DNA of 64,000 nucleotides, from positions 15,731 through 79,730 of the forward strand of contig JBGSUI010000067.1 of NCBI GenBank assembly GCA_041736175.1, in the 5' to 3' direction. This DNA is from Oligoflexales bacterium. Lineage in GTDB: Bacteria > Bdellovibrionota_B > Oligoflexia > Oligoflexales > CAIYRB01. The stretch's first letter is position 1, and each line of letters opens with the position of its first letter. Both the position numbers and the translations under genes were made by a program. Below are positions 38,848 through 49,358 of the stretch, one piece after another. The notes beneath the pieces are model-generated. The model ran no database searches and was not told the origin of the DNA. It saw only the letters and a list, made by a program, of their open reading frames with translations.

Positions 38848-41124
38848 ATGGCTCCTAACCCTGCGTCCATGATCAGCGACCTTTCCCACGTCTACCGAGA
38901 GCAGTTCCAACAACAGAGAGTGATCTTAACTTTTCCGGCCTATTTAGATCTGGTCAGCAAAAGCCCCAGGTCTCTGATCCGGAGTGCTGCCGAGTATATT
39001 AAAGATACATTTGACCACTTTGGCCGAGAAAAGCTTCTGGGTCGGGAAACAGTGGCTTCGGGATATCGGTTCAGCCTGTTTAATCTGGGTACCGATAAAA
39101 ATGGAGCCATCTATGGGGGCGAATCCGTCCAAGAAGATATCTATAGCACCCTCGTTAACTTTGTCAGACAGGGCTATAGCAATAAACTGATCTTGCTCCA
39201 TGGCCCCAATGGTTCCTCTAAGACCTCGACCGTGGAGCAGATCGCATGGGGGATGCAAAAATATAGCGAAACCGATTTAGGGGCGGTTTACAAATTTAAC
39301 TGGATCTTTCCCACGGAGAAAATCTCGCCAGGTGATCTTAAAGGCGATAGCAGCCCTATCGGTTTTGCGCGGGGCTCAGGCCAGGATCACTCGACCCAGT
39401 CCTATGCAATGTTAGACGACAGCTTGGTCGCCAGTAAGATTTACTCCGACTTTAAGGACAACCCTATCTACTTGATCCCCATGCCCGAGCGCGAGATCTG
39501 GCTGCGGGAATGGATCGGCAAACAACAAGGAATCTCTCCTGATCACGTAGAACTCCCACCCCATATCCTATATGCTGGTTTGTCCAAGCGAAATCAGCTT
39601 ATCTTAGAAAATCTACTCTCAGCCTATGACGGAGATCTGGCCAAGGTCCTCCGGCATGTCCAGGTAGAGCGGTTTTTCTATTCCCGTCAATACCGGGTGG
39701 GTATTTCGACAGTCGAGCCGCAGATGGCTATTGATGCGGTAGAGAAACAACTCACCATGGACCGAAACATCCAAAATTTGCCCTCAGTCCTCCATAACAT
39801 CCGCTTTTTCGAAGCCCATGGAGAACTGATTGAAGCTAATCGAGGACTCCTTGAATTCTCCGATCTCCTTAAAAGGCCTCTCGAAGCCTTTAAATATTTG
39901 CTGACTTCTGTGGAAAAATCCTCCATCAGCCTCCCGTCCTCGACAGCCCATCTTGATATTGTGTTTATGGCTACGGCAAACGAAAAGCATTTAGACTCCT
40001 TTAAAACCCTCCCGGATTTTAGCTCCTTTCGTGGACGCTTTGATATGATCACAGTTCCCTACCTGCTCAAGGCGTCCCAGGAAGCCAAGATCTACGAACG
40101 GGATATCACCGCCCTTAAAAAGTCAAAGGAGATCTGCCCCCATACAGTGGAAATGCTGTGCCTCTGGGCCGTGATGACCCGCTATAAACAGCCAGATCCA
40201 GAACTTTACGACCCCCAATTCCGCGGCCTCGTCGGAAGACTCGATCCCCGTATGAAAGCCAGACTCTATGAAGGGGATTCCTTGAGGATGTGGTTTAAAC
40301 CCACAGAAGAATCCCAGATGCGAGAACTCCGCACTAAGATTTTAACAGAATCAGTCGGTACCGTGGTTTACGAAGGTCGCTTCGGCGCATCCCCCCGTGA
40401 GATCAAACATATTCTTTTGAGAGCCGTCCAAAACGCCAAGCACAAATCCCTGACCCCCATGGTCATCTTTGAAGAATTAGAGCGGCTGGTCAAAGACCGC
40501 AGTGTCTATGAGTTTCTCCAATTTGAACCTCGGGGAAAATACCATGATGCCGCCCATTTTATCGATGTGATTCGCGACGAGTTTGCTCTGACCTTTGAAA
40601 ACGAAGTCCTTAAGGCTATGTCCATGGTTGCAGATGAAGAGTACGATAAACTCCTTCACCGCTATATCGAAAATGTCGTGGCTGATATCAAACGGGAGAA
40701 AATCTACAATTCGGCAACGGAACAGTATGAACCCGCTAATAAAGGCCTGATGGCTGAGATCGAAAGAATCCTCGATATCTCCGGTAGTGTCGAAAGGCAT
40801 CGGGAAGGCATGCTTGCTCGTCTGGCTAGCTGGCGCATCGATAACCCAAAAACCGAACTCAATGTCAAAGAGATCTTTAGCGACTATCTACAGATTATAG
40901 AAGAGCACTATTATAAACAGCGCCGCTCCCAGGTAGAGAAAGTCTATGAATGGATGCTCCTCCTCGACACCGACGACCAAAGAGTCCTTAGCGAGAAAGA
41001 GCGCAACCAAGCCCGAGATACCTATAAAGAACTCGGACGTCGGTTTGGATACGATGACCATTCAGCCAGGGAATGCCTTAAATTTATGCTTAACCTCCTC
41101 AAACAGAAAAGAAAAACAGCCTAA
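38848..41124 (+). CDS. PrkA/YeaG-family AAA+ protein
   Basis: LLHGPNGSSKTS, ANRGLLEFSDLLKRP, YEGRFGASPRE. Confidence 0.85.
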   Translation: MAPNPASMISDLSHVYREQFQQQRVILTFPAYLDLVSKSPRSLIRSAAEYIKDTFDHFGREKLLGRETVASGYRFSLFNLGTDKNGAIYGGESVQEDIYSTLVNFVRQGYSNKLILLHGPNGSSKTSTVEQIAWGMQKYSETDLGAVYKFNWIFPTEKISPGDLKGDSSPIGFARGSGQDHSTQSYAMLDDSLVASKIYSDFKDNPIYLIPMPEREIWLREWIGKQQGISPDHVELPPHILYAGLSKRNQLILENLLSAYDGDLAKVLRHVQVERFFYSRQYRVGISTVEPQMAIDAVEKQLTMDRNIQNLPSVLHNIRFFEAHGELIEANRGLLEFSDLLKRPLEAFKYLLTSVEKSSISLPSSTAHLDIVFMATANEKHLDSFKTLPDFSSFRGRFDMITVPYLLKASQEAKIYERDITALKKSKEICPHTVEMLCLWAVMTRYKQPDPELYDPQFRGLVGRLDPRMKARLYEGDSLRMWFKPTEESQMRELRTKILTESVGTVVYEGRFGASPREIKHILLRAVQNAKHKSLTPMVIFEELERLVKDRSVYEFLQFEPRGKYHDAAHFIDVIRDEFALTFENEVLKAMSMVADEEYDKLLHRYIENVVADIKREKIYNSATEQYEPANKGLMAEIERILDISGSVERHREGMLARLASWRIDNPKTELNVKEIFSDYLQIIEEHYYKQRRSQVEKVYEWMLLLDTDDQRVLSEKERNQARDTYKELGRRFGYDDHSARECLKFMLNLLKQKRKTA

Positions 41125-41166
41125 GTTGGTGTGACTCTCAAAGCACTTTTTTAACTCTATGACCGA

Positions 41167-43092
41167 CTACTTTGTGGGGCAGCCTCGGTGATCGCAATCC
41201 GCTAGCTCGAAAGCATCCTCATCCACATGGGTTTGGGATATGGGCCTCACCTGTTGCTTAAGCTCTTCATAGACCTCTCGGGTGATCTCCTCGTAGGGAG
41301 CTTGGAGAAATCCATGATTTTGCTTGAGTAGAAACGAACAGGTTTTGATGGAATCGTTGTAGTTTTTATAGAGCCATTGCTTGATTCCCTCAAGCTCCTC
41401 GGGCTCGTAGTAGATGGTGCAGGAAACCGCGTTGTCCGACCAGTTGGTCTGAAGCCACTTAACATGCTCGAGCTGGTCAATCGCAGTCACATCTTTGGCC
41501 ACTAAGGTCTGATCTGGAAACCTGCAGGGAAACTCGATGACGACGGTCGAGGGATCCTGAGTCCCATCAAAATTAAGCTGTGGCTCCACGTGGTAGCCGT
41601 GTTTACGGCACTGGTCCACCAAAAAACTGCCGGAAGACACCCTAATCCGGCGGATAAAGTACTGGGAAAAGGCAGGATGACAGCCTGGGGTTACTCCGGC
41701 TAGGAGCGAAAGGGTCCCGCTTGGTTTAACCGTCGTCAGTTTGATACTGGTGGGCCAGCCCATTTTCCGTGAATAGATGGTATCGAATTGGCGCAGGTCT
41801 GCATAAATACGCGGCAGCCAGTCTTTTTGCTCTTGGGTGGCCTGCATATATCCTGTGATCCCAATACCCATACGCATATGTTTATGGACGATGGCCTCGG
41901 TCTCGGGGGCATGGCATTTGAGTGCTAAACTGTGTTTGTTGATCCGGTAAAGAATACGAGCTAGCCGTTGAAACTCGTCAAAACTGTTGAGGTTTGGCAA
42001 AAAAATCTCTGCCAAACAGCAGGTCTCATAGCTAGCTAGGCTTTGCTCACCGCAAGGGTTATATCCCATAACATTGGGATCAGGATACTGGGTCTCCCCT
42101 ACCCGTCCCACCTTTCGGGAGAGGTTCAAGTTGATCAGCCCATAGGGTTCTCCATTGCCATGGTAGCTTTCCCAAAAGCTTTCAGGAAGGAGCCGGATAT
42201 CGTTACAGACCACACTGTTGTTGCTCATAGAACGCCAGTTTGGAATCGTTCCTAGATCCCATCTTTTAGCCCGAAGAAAGGCGAGGTCGTCCATATCTCC
42301 GAGGGCTATTTGGGCACTCCGCCTCACATTTCCAGCAACGACAATCGATCCAATGATATTCATAAGATCAAGGGCGTCGACCGTGGATATTTTAGATCCT
42401 GCCTTTAGATTGAGGATGCCGTTGATCTGGAGGATTCCCTGGCACAACTCCTCCGGTCCTGAGGCAACGCCACCAAACCCTTTGATCATAGCACCTTTGC
42501 TACGGATGCAGATCGTCGAAAAGCTAAAGGACTTTCCTGTTATAAAGTGCGCCTCTAATGTTTTTCTTAAAAGCTCCACCCATCCTTCGCGGCTATCGGG
42601 AACGATAAAATCCGCATCGTTGGTGTCAAGACGGGTGATAGTGACCGGTCTTACTTTAGGCAATAGATCCACATGCTCTTTTTGGAGATTGTAGCCAACG
42701 CCACATCCAAGCATCAGCGCATCCATAGTCCAAGTAAAGGGACGAATTGGCTCATTAACCACCGTCATAGCGCAGTTTTGCAAGCTTAGTAAGCCCAGGC
42801 GTTCGACCGTGGGTGTTCCCAGCTGCCATAGAAATCGGCCCGCGACACTTCCCTTAAGGTTAAGCATCGACTGCCTAAAAAAGTTAGCCTCGTCAGGTTC
42901 GAGTTTGAGTCCTAACTGTTGGTCCAACGACCTCAGGACCCGATCAACCGTATCCGGCCACTCTTCCGTCGGAGGGGCCGCAGAAGCTCCCTGAGCCGAA
43001 GCCACCGGCGAGGGCTTCTTGTCTAACCGACGGGCATAGGTTCGTTTGTAAGTGATGTAACCGACAGGACCCCAAGGGGTTGTATCTACCAT
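41167..43092 (-). CDS. nrdJ: Class II (adenosylcobalamin-dependent) ribonucleotide reductase, compact type
   Basis: YKRTY, AGRFLW, LQNC, PDSREGW, GNVRRSA, NPCGE (thiyl Cys), TTVKPSGT, QAPYEEI, C-terminal CxxxxCP. Confidence 0.9.
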   Translation of the reverse strand: MVDTTPWGPVGYITYKRTYARRLDKKPSPVASAQGASAAPPTEEWPDTVDRVLRSLDQQLGLKLEPDEANFFRQSMLNLKGSVAGRFLWQLGTPTVERLGLLSLQNCAMTVVNEPIRPFTWTMDALMLGCGVGYNLQKEHVDLLPKVRPVTITRLDTNDADFIVPDSREGWVELLRKTLEAHFITGKSFSFSTICIRSKGAMIKGFGGVASGPEELCQGILQINGILNLKAGSKISTVDALDLMNIIGSIVVAGNVRRSAQIALGDMDDLAFLRAKRWDLGTIPNWRSMSNNSVVCNDIRLLPESFWESYHGNGEPYGLINLNLSRKVGRVGETQYPDPNVMGYNPCGEQSLASYETCCLAEIFLPNLNSFDEFQRLARILYRINKHSLALKCHAPETEAIVHKHMRMGIGITGYMQATQEQKDWLPRIYADLRQFDTIYSRKMGWPTSIKLTTVKPSGTLSLLAGVTPGCHPAFSQYFIRRIRVSSGSFLVDQCRKHGYHVEPQLNFDGTQDPSTVVIEFPCRFPDQTLVAKDVTAIDQLEHVKWLQTNWSDNAVSCTIYYEPEELEGIKQWLYKNYNDSIKTCSFLLKQNHGFLQAPYEEITREVYEELKQQVRPISQTHVDEDAFELADCDHRGCPTK

Positions 43093-43239
43093 TTGACTTT
43101 CCTCCCGGTAGCGCAGCCTACTCCTAAAAGAAAAGAGCTGCCACCCTAGCTTGGATTTGCCTTCAATTTTTGAGGGCTGCTACCCGTTTATGTCTTTTGA
43201 CAGCAGCCATTATGGATATAATAGAGACACTTTGATCAT

Positions 43240-44034
43240 GTGACTGGGAGAGGAGATCCTTTGAGTAATCGTGACTTTGAACAAAATTATCCAGTGATCG
43301 TTCGCTTGTCTTTGTTGATCACCGGTCTTGCGATCGAAAAATTTCGTGGCAAAGACATCATTTTTAACGTGGATTTGATCAAAAGTCTGATGAGTGCCTC
43401 CAATCATTTTAAACCGTTTGATCTCCAAGCAACCCAAATCCACAGGATGATGGGTAAATATAAAAAAATGGGTTGGTGCGAGATCATCAACGAGGGAGCA
43501 GCAAAGTTCTATCGATTGCAACCAGCAGGTGTGAATGGTATCCTACGGACTTTGGTCGATTTCGAGTATGTTATTCCCATTACAGAAACCATTATGATCC
43601 AGTGGTTTCTCAAGACCTATCGCGACCCCATCATCCGTCGGATTAAACCCCATACCTCCGCCAAGGATTTTAAAGAACTCGAGGAAAAACTCGAAGACGA
43701 ATATATTGTGACCGCCCAGCAGTCCCTTCTGGACCACGGCATCCAAGAGATGAAACTACGGATTAAACAGTCCCAGCAGCTCCAAGACTATATCAAGGCC
43801 CAACTCCGCTCAGGCACCGACCTGATGGAGGCTCTTAAATCTCTTCCCACGGAGTTTAGCTATAAACTCACCCACCAAAAAAGATTTTGGCAGTGGCTTG
43901 CAGAACTTCCCGAAGACGTTCGAGTGATTGAGGTCGAACGGGGATTTAGCGAGAGGGAAAAACTCCTCTATGGCAATACTCTGAATGCCATGGTCTATCT
44001 ACGCACTTGCTACAACGAACTGCTCAAAACGTGA
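43240..44034 (+). CDS. Hypothetical protein (possible N-terminal winged helix)
   Basis: 264-aa ORF divergent from nrdJ; start uncertain. Confidence 0.65.
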   Translation: MTGRGDPLSNRDFEQNYPVIVRLSLLITGLAIEKFRGKDIIFNVDLIKSLMSASNHFKPFDLQATQIHRMMGKYKKMGWCEIINEGAAKFYRLQPAGVNGILRTLVDFEYVIPITETIMIQWFLKTYRDPIIRRIKPHTSAKDFKELEEKLEDEYIVTAQQSLLDHGIQEMKLRIKQSQQLQDYIKAQLRSGTDLMEALKSLPTEFSYKLTHQKRFWQWLAELPEDVRVIEVERGFSEREKLLYGNTLNAMVYLRTCYNELLKT

Positions 44035-44061
44035 CTGGGGCAGGGGAGCTGGGGAATGATA

Positions 44062-45558
44062 TCACTCCCACGGATCGAATATCTTCATCTCTTCCAGAGG
44101 AGCAGCCATGACGACGATTTGCCCACCCGGAGTAACGAGAATATCTTTAACACCTTGAAGAGGAGGCTCGGCGAATGGCCTCGGTCGTGAGAGGGTATTT
44201 AGATTCCAAAAAGAAATAGCTCCTGTGGGACTGATGGTCATAAATTGATTGTAATCAAGCCGCAGAACTTTATTGATGACGACCGCTGAAGCTGGAATCG
44301 CAGCCAATCGCTTTTGCCCGTACTCTGTCTGAATTTCGACTTCTGCACTGTCAAGGGACGAGTAGGCTAAAAGTGTCGGTAGGGACCCCAAAGCATCCCT
44401 AATAGGCGTCAGAAAGCCGCTCCCATTATAAGTTTTTTCAACTTTACATAGCTTTAGATTGACGAGTTCTACCGACTTCGTCGATTTTCGGACAATCCAA
44501 TCACTGTCAACGACGTCAAGAAAGGTCGTTTGCCCAGTGAATTTTAATACGCCAATTTCCCGACCTGTTAAGGGATCAAAAAACTTTCCGCCGGGAGAAT
44601 CTCCAATTTTAAAACCAGAAATAAAGATAGAACCATCTGATAATGGTATAGGAACACGGTGTTGCCCGTCACCCGCTCGACGAAATCCAGTACTGGAAAT
44701 CTTTGCCATCTGTCCTTGTTCTAAATCCCAGACATAAACCCATTTAGAATAACTAGACATGATCCTCGTAGTCGAAAGTATCGTCAATCGGGCAGAGGCA
44801 TCTGCAGGACCAGCGGTCTGTTCATCTGCATGAAAGAATTCATTTAAGCGTTTCAATCCGGCTTTTTCACTCCACTCCCAAACCTCAACTGTCCAGTCAC
44901 TGCTGAAAGTAGCAAATCGCGATGAAGAAAGCGTTATTAAGCTCTTAATGACCTTAGATCCCATGGGTACCGCCTGCTGCAGTTGACCGGTGATAGTATT
45001 GTAGACACTGAGTTTTGAAGTCGTACCTTGAAAGAGCAATTGGTGATCACCCAATACCACGGGCAACCCCGATAATGGATGCCTTTTGACAGACCCAATA
45101 TTTTTGAAATTCACCTTATCTTGGTTGGTCCGCCGCAGATAGACTAGGTACTCAAAGGCAATCTTATATTTCCAAGGGTCTAAGAAAACTCCACTACTGC
45201 TTTTGCATGGATTTTGAGTCTGCCATAGCTGTTGACGCCAACGGGGGACAATTTCCCTTGCTCGCTCCCATAACACCTGAAATCCATAAACATCAGTCTT
45301 CTGCACATTTCTCACCATCTTCACCAGATCTTTATCAGAAAGGTGTCGTAAAACCTCAAGCTGACAGTCTCCCAAATTCGCCCAAGAGGTTTGTCTTGGA
45401 CACTGACTCATTTTTGTCTGACCGTCGTCAGAATTTTCTGCGGCTAAATCAAAAGTGGATTTTGCAGAATTTTGACAGCCGACTAAAAAACTTGCAGTGG
45501 CCAGTAATATACCAACGATTCTGATGGTTTTTGGTAAAGTCTTGGTCGCATGCGTCAT
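44062..45558 (-). CDS. Hypothetical lipoprotein with WD40-like beta-propeller region
   Basis: Lipobox LVGC; SSDWTVEVWE, VYVWDL, GAISFWNL; SD before ATG 45558. Confidence 0.7.
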   Translation of the reverse strand: MTHATKTLPKTIRIVGILLATASFLVGCQNSAKSTFDLAAENSDDGQTKMSQCPRQTSWANLGDCQLEVLRHLSDKDLVKMVRNVQKTDVYGFQVLWERAREIVPRWRQQLWQTQNPCKSSSGVFLDPWKYKIAFEYLVYLRRTNQDKVNFKNIGSVKRHPLSGLPVVLGDHQLLFQGTTSKLSVYNTITGQLQQAVPMGSKVIKSLITLSSSRFATFSSDWTVEVWEWSEKAGLKRLNEFFHADEQTAGPADASARLTILSTTRIMSSYSKWVYVWDLEQGQMAKISSTGFRRAGDGQHRVPIPLSDGSIFISGFKIGDSPGGKFFDPLTGREIGVLKFTGQTTFLDVVDSDWIVRKSTKSVELVNLKLCKVEKTYNGSGFLTPIRDALGSLPTLLAYSSLDSAEVEIQTEYGQKRLAAIPASAVVINKVLRLDYNQFMTISPTGAISFWNLNTLSRPRPFAEPPLQGVKDILVTPGGQIVVMAAPLEEMKIFDPWE

Positions 45559-45596
45559 GGTTAAAAATCCTTTCACCTGATCCATGGAAGCCATCA

Positions 45597-45612
45597 TGCA
45601 AAAAACGAACCA
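45597..45612 (-). promoter_or_regulatory. Sigma54 promoter candidate
   Basis: TGGTTCGTTTTTTGCA, 39 nt before ATG 45558. Confidence 0.6.
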
Positions 45613-45699
45613 GGAATCTAGCCAGTCATTTTAAAGAATGACTGGCAATTGCTTAAACACTTTTTACAAAGACCTAAGCGGAAACAATCAGAAAAATCA

Positions 45700-45715
45700 T
45701 GGATTACTTTTTGCA
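45700..45715 (+). promoter_or_regulatory. Sigma54 promoter candidate
   Basis: TGGATTACTTTTTGCA, 42 nt before ATG 45757. Confidence 0.5.
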
Positions 45716-45756
45716 GGAAATTATGCAATAGAAACTTTCGAAAAAGGAGTGCTACG

Positions 45757-46413
45757 ATGAACTTAGTAATGGGCGGTTTTTTCCTAGGATCATTAATATT
45801 TTTTGCCATTAGCTGTGATGGTGACAATAAAAAAAATGATACCAGAAAAGCTCAATCTCCATCTAAAGCAGAATCTGCCTCTAAAACCGAATCTCCATCT
45901 AAAGCGGAATCTGCCTCTAAAACCGAATCTCCATCTAAAGCGCAATCTCCCTCTAATGATTCCTCCCTTAATCTAAAAGACCTTAATGAGATTTCATGTT
46001 TTTTTTCTCAGCAAAATATTGACAATAAACAAAAAAGTGCCTTTGTGTGGAAATTAGAGAATAGTAAAACAGAGTCAACTCTATACATCACGATCTCCAG
46101 TGACAAAATTCCAGAATCGGGGTCGAACTGGAATTTCTCCCCTGAGGTCCCCCTCAGCGAACGCCACATCGCCTACGGCCAAACCGGCAGCGATGGATTC
46201 ATCTCAGCAGCAGCCCCAGCCGCCTGCTCCCTTAAGATTACTTCAAGCAATATCGCGGCAAATCCGGCAGCTATTCAAGGCTCCGCGCAACCAGGTCTCG
46301 TCCCACAACGGTTTGAGATCAAGGCGCTAATTGACTGCGTACTCGCAAATTCAAAAACTGGTAAAACGCTCAAATTTAATGGCGAAATAAGCTGCGATAA
46401 TGGATTTAAGTAA
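45757..46413 (+). CDS. Hypothetical lipoprotein with SPSKAESASKTE tandem-repeat linker
   Basis: SD AAGGAG; lipobox AISC; 36-nt tandem repeat at about 45855-45945. Confidence 0.75.
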   Translation: MNLVMGGFFLGSLIFFAISCDGDNKKNDTRKAQSPSKAESASKTESPSKAESASKTESPSKAQSPSNDSSLNLKDLNEISCFFSQQNIDNKQKSAFVWKLENSKTESTLYITISSDKIPESGSNWNFSPEVPLSERHIAYGQTGSDGFISAAAPAACSLKITSSNIAANPAAIQGSAQPGLVPQRFEIKALIDCVLANSKTGKTLKFNGEISCDNGFK

Positions 46414-46541
46414 GCATAGTTAAAAAGGCTAGCAAATATTGACTTTTTAATTAGAAATTGTCACTATCAGAGATAGAAAAAGCTCCATCGTAGAAAAACG
46501 GCTTAGTAGCAAGTCAATAATGACACAAATCTAAGATATCA

Positions 46542-47351
46542 ATGATTCTTCGACCCGATGAAAAAAACGCTCCTTGGATTCTCGCTCTATCTGGGACTGC
46601 CTTTGTAACCGGCTGTGTTTTCGCCCTAGCTGGGGGTAGTAACCTTTGGCCGTTGACAGGCATCCTCACTCTGCCACTGGGATTTGTCCTTGGCCTAATG
46701 GCTCACTTCCTCTCCAGTTTCTTTAAGATCAATCCTGAAAGACAATATAAGCTCCTTAAAATAGTCGTTCCTTGCTTTGTCTTGGCAGGATTTATCGTAG
46801 GATTGTACTCTAAAAAATTAGAAGATGAGTCTCTACAAAAACGAAAAATAATCGAAGCCAAAATAATAAGCTGCCGTACCCTAGACGAGGCCGTACAAGA
46901 GATCACCGATGACTATAAATCACTTTTAGAGCGCCACAAAAAATACAACCAAGAACTTAACAGTCAAAACGGAGACTCCGCGCCAAACGCTGCTGAATTC
47001 GTTAAAAGAGCTGCTTCCCAATCTCCGGGTGTGATTCTTGATTTAGAAACCAAGAGGATGGTTTTGTTTCATGTTAAGGAGGAGAAAAAAGGTAAATCAA
47101 TTTTCGCTTTTGATTCATGGATCGATGTAAAAACCAACAACCGGGAGCGCTATCGGCTCAGGTTTCACAAGTCGACTCCAGCTCGGTGTGGAGATATCAC
47201 TCTAGGGGCTACAGAATATTATTCAGTACTTTCTCCGCCCTTCTATCAGCTAAGGCCCACATCTGATAGGTTGCCCGGTACTGGCATCGTGGCCGACAAT
47301 ATTGGTAAAAAGTCTCTTGAGGCCTTTCTCAGGGAGCAAGGTCTTTTATGA
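46542..47351 (+). CDS. Hypothetical membrane protein (3 N-terminal TM segments)
   Basis: 269-aa ORF with three hydrophobic segments followed by a soluble domain. Confidence 0.7.
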   Translation: MILRPDEKNAPWILALSGTAFVTGCVFALAGGSNLWPLTGILTLPLGFVLGLMAHFLSSFFKINPERQYKLLKIVVPCFVLAGFIVGLYSKKLEDESLQKRKIIEAKIISCRTLDEAVQEITDDYKSLLERHKKYNQELNSQNGDSAPNAAEFVKRAASQSPGVILDLETKRMVLFHVKEEKKGKSIFAFDSWIDVKTNNRERYRLRFHKSTPARCGDITLGATEYYSVLSPPFYQLRPTSDRLPGTGIVADNIGKKSLEAFLREQGLL

Positions 47352-47397
47352 TCAGACATTTCTGGCCGAAGATTGCGCCGCTTCAGTTGAAGGCGTG

Positions 47398-47511
47398 TTA
47401 TACCACCTTGCGGGACCGATTTAGGGATCTGGTTGCTTCGTGGAGCACTTCGCGGATCATCGCAGGAATCGACCGCTGCTGGTTGTCGTAGATGAATGGA
47501 GCATAGATCCG
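47398..47511 (-). pseudogene. Displaced 3' end of an HD-hydrolase allele
   Basis: Reads RIYAPFIYDNQQRSIPAMIREVLHEATRSLNRSRKVV*; 47431-47511 is 70/81 nt identical to 55814-55894. Confidence 0.88.
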
Positions 47512-47649
47512 CTCCACATTCATAATATCCGATACAAAACAATCATGCGAGTCAGAGAGGGCGCTTCAAAATTAGCTTAAAACTCCTATATAAACAATAA
47601 ACATGCTTCCTCCGACAAAAAGCAATTGCGATTAGGGTTTGCGTTACCC

Positions 47650-48777
47650 CTATACCGCTTGAATGTCGCGGAAATTTGAGATATCAGTGATTCTGTGTGA
47701 ACGTATTCCCATTCTTAATGTCCCATTAAAGGACACATAGTGCCCATATTTATGAGCCTCTAATGCTGTCGAATAAGTCTGAACATTCAGCGTTAAACGC
47801 GCCTTAATAATTTCTTCATCGTCATACTGAAAAGAAATTTCAACGTCTCCAGCAGGAGATCCTGATTCAGTTCTTTCGCCATGGAGATCGGTTATTAATC
47901 CGGTAAAAAATTTTGCTTCTGGAGTAGAAGATGGCGTTAAACGTGCGGCAAGTATTTCGATTGAATCGAAATACTCCTTGTTTATCCTAATACTCGGTGT
48001 GTCAAGAATTGATTCCCCGAAATTACTAGTTCCTGTTATAGTAAGTGATGATCCTTCGTTTTGCGGACTCATTCCTAGGAGAGCTTTGCAAAAATTGGAG
48101 CTGACGGGAAAATTATTGGAATTATCAATCAAAGATAGATCCCCAGAGTCAATAGTTTCGACTATTTTTTTTGCACCTAGAAGTAAGGTACGAGTTACCG
48201 TTCGAGAAAAACGCTCCTCAGGGAATTCTTTTAGGAGTCGAGCATTGTCTGAAATTACATTTTCATCTACAGCATTTTGTGGACAAATGACATTGACAAC
48301 AAAACTTCCTGGTTTTGTGTTTAACTTGCATTTCGATAGGTATGTTTTTGCGGTCGCTTTTGATAGTTTAGGGTAATGTTTTTTCGGTTCTTCTACATAA
48401 CATGCTGCTGCTAAAATGGCTTTTTGACAAGATTCGATATATTTTGGAGCATTTGCGAGAGATATGAAGCCTTCTTTTGTAGCGAGATCATCCAGTTTGA
48501 AGCAAATGACATCGGCTGAAGGCAAAAGCAATGCATTTATAATTGATACTCGATCTTTTTGGTCAAATTCAGCGATTTTTTCAACAGCTCGACCCATAAG
48601 ATATTCATATTCAGCCAAATTTCGAGCTATTGGAATTACAATCTCTTTTCCATCGAGACGAAAAATAGACGTTTCATTACTTAAAGATTGTCTTTTTTTC
48701 CATCCCCGATGCAATAGGTAATTACTTATGTTAAGAGGAACTAGCTCTTGTATCAAATTTTCTTCATGGGAGTACAT
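47650..48777 (-). CDS. Conserved hypothetical protein, partner of the DUF4365-like gene (copy 2)
   Basis: Full-length paralog of 7443-8561; SD GGAGG before ATG 48777. Confidence 0.85.
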   Translation of the reverse strand: MYSHEENLIQELVPLNISNYLLHRGWKKRQSLSNETSIFRLDGKEIVIPIARNLAEYEYLMGRAVEKIAEFDQKDRVSIINALLLPSADVICFKLDDLATKEGFISLANAPKYIESCQKAILAAACYVEEPKKHYPKLSKATAKTYLSKCKLNTKPGSFVVNVICPQNAVDENVISDNARLLKEFPEERFSRTVTRTLLLGAKKIVETIDSGDLSLIDNSNNFPVSSNFCKALLGMSPQNEGSSLTITGTSNFGESILDTPSIRINKEYFDSIEILAARLTPSSTPEAKFFTGLITDLHGERTESGSPAGDVEISFQYDDEEIIKARLTLNVQTYSTALEAHKYGHYVSFNGTLRMGIRSHRITDISNFRDIQAV

Positions 48778-49309
48778 GTCCAATATCCTCCTGTTTAGCT
48801 GCCATGAACATTAACTTATTAATATTCTCTGGTGTAACTTGGTTTTCGAGATAAACATCGATTCTGCGAGATGCTGTGTTTGAAACATCTGGAAGAGGTT
48901 TTAAATTACACCAATAGGCACATTTTCGAGAAATTAAATTATCTTGACTTATCTCTAACCATTCACTGATGTTTCTTGGCAAAATAAGAATAATAAGAAG
49001 GTGAGGTATAAAATCCCACCTTCTTAGGTCGTTATAGTTTTTGATCGAAAGATCGTACTTAAATGAGACCGATTCAGCGTTTACGTTAACGTCGGAAGTC
49101 GCTTTCAATTGTATTCTTAGTTCAGGAGAGATCGTTTCCACTTGAGAAGCATCAGAGGGAAAATATCCTTCAAGCATTACATCTTTACTCGTTCGATCTT
49201 TGGTAGGCACTCGTGCGCACATTATTCCAGTTTTAGCGCAGATCGCATGAAGATAGGCATAACTAAGCTCTTCCTTTATATCGTTTTCTGACAATGCTTG
49301 ACTATTCAC
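48764..49309 (-). CDS. DUF4365-like PD-(D/E)xK nuclease-fold protein (copy 2)
   Basis: KEELSYAYLHA, SKD, IQLKAT, KNYNDL, EWL, YWCN. Confidence 0.8.
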   Translation of the reverse strand: MNSQALSENDIKEELSYAYLHAICAKTGIMCARVPTKDRTSKDVMLEGYFPSDASQVETISPELRIQLKATSDVNVNAESVSFKYDLSIKNYNDLRRWDFIPHLLIILILPRNISEWLEISQDNLISRKCAYWCNLKPLPDVSNTASRRIDVYLENQVTPENINKLMFMAAKQEDIGHVLP

Positions 49310-49358
49310 TAAGGCCTCTTAAATGCCGTTCTAGATGGAAATTTGGTTGGTACAAGCG

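Noticed and set aside
38848..41124. PrkA with a non-canonical Walker A (GPNGSSKT) and no yeaH/spoVR neighbours
   Set aside because: Similar variants occur in PrkA-family proteins, and the partners may lie elsewhere in the genome.
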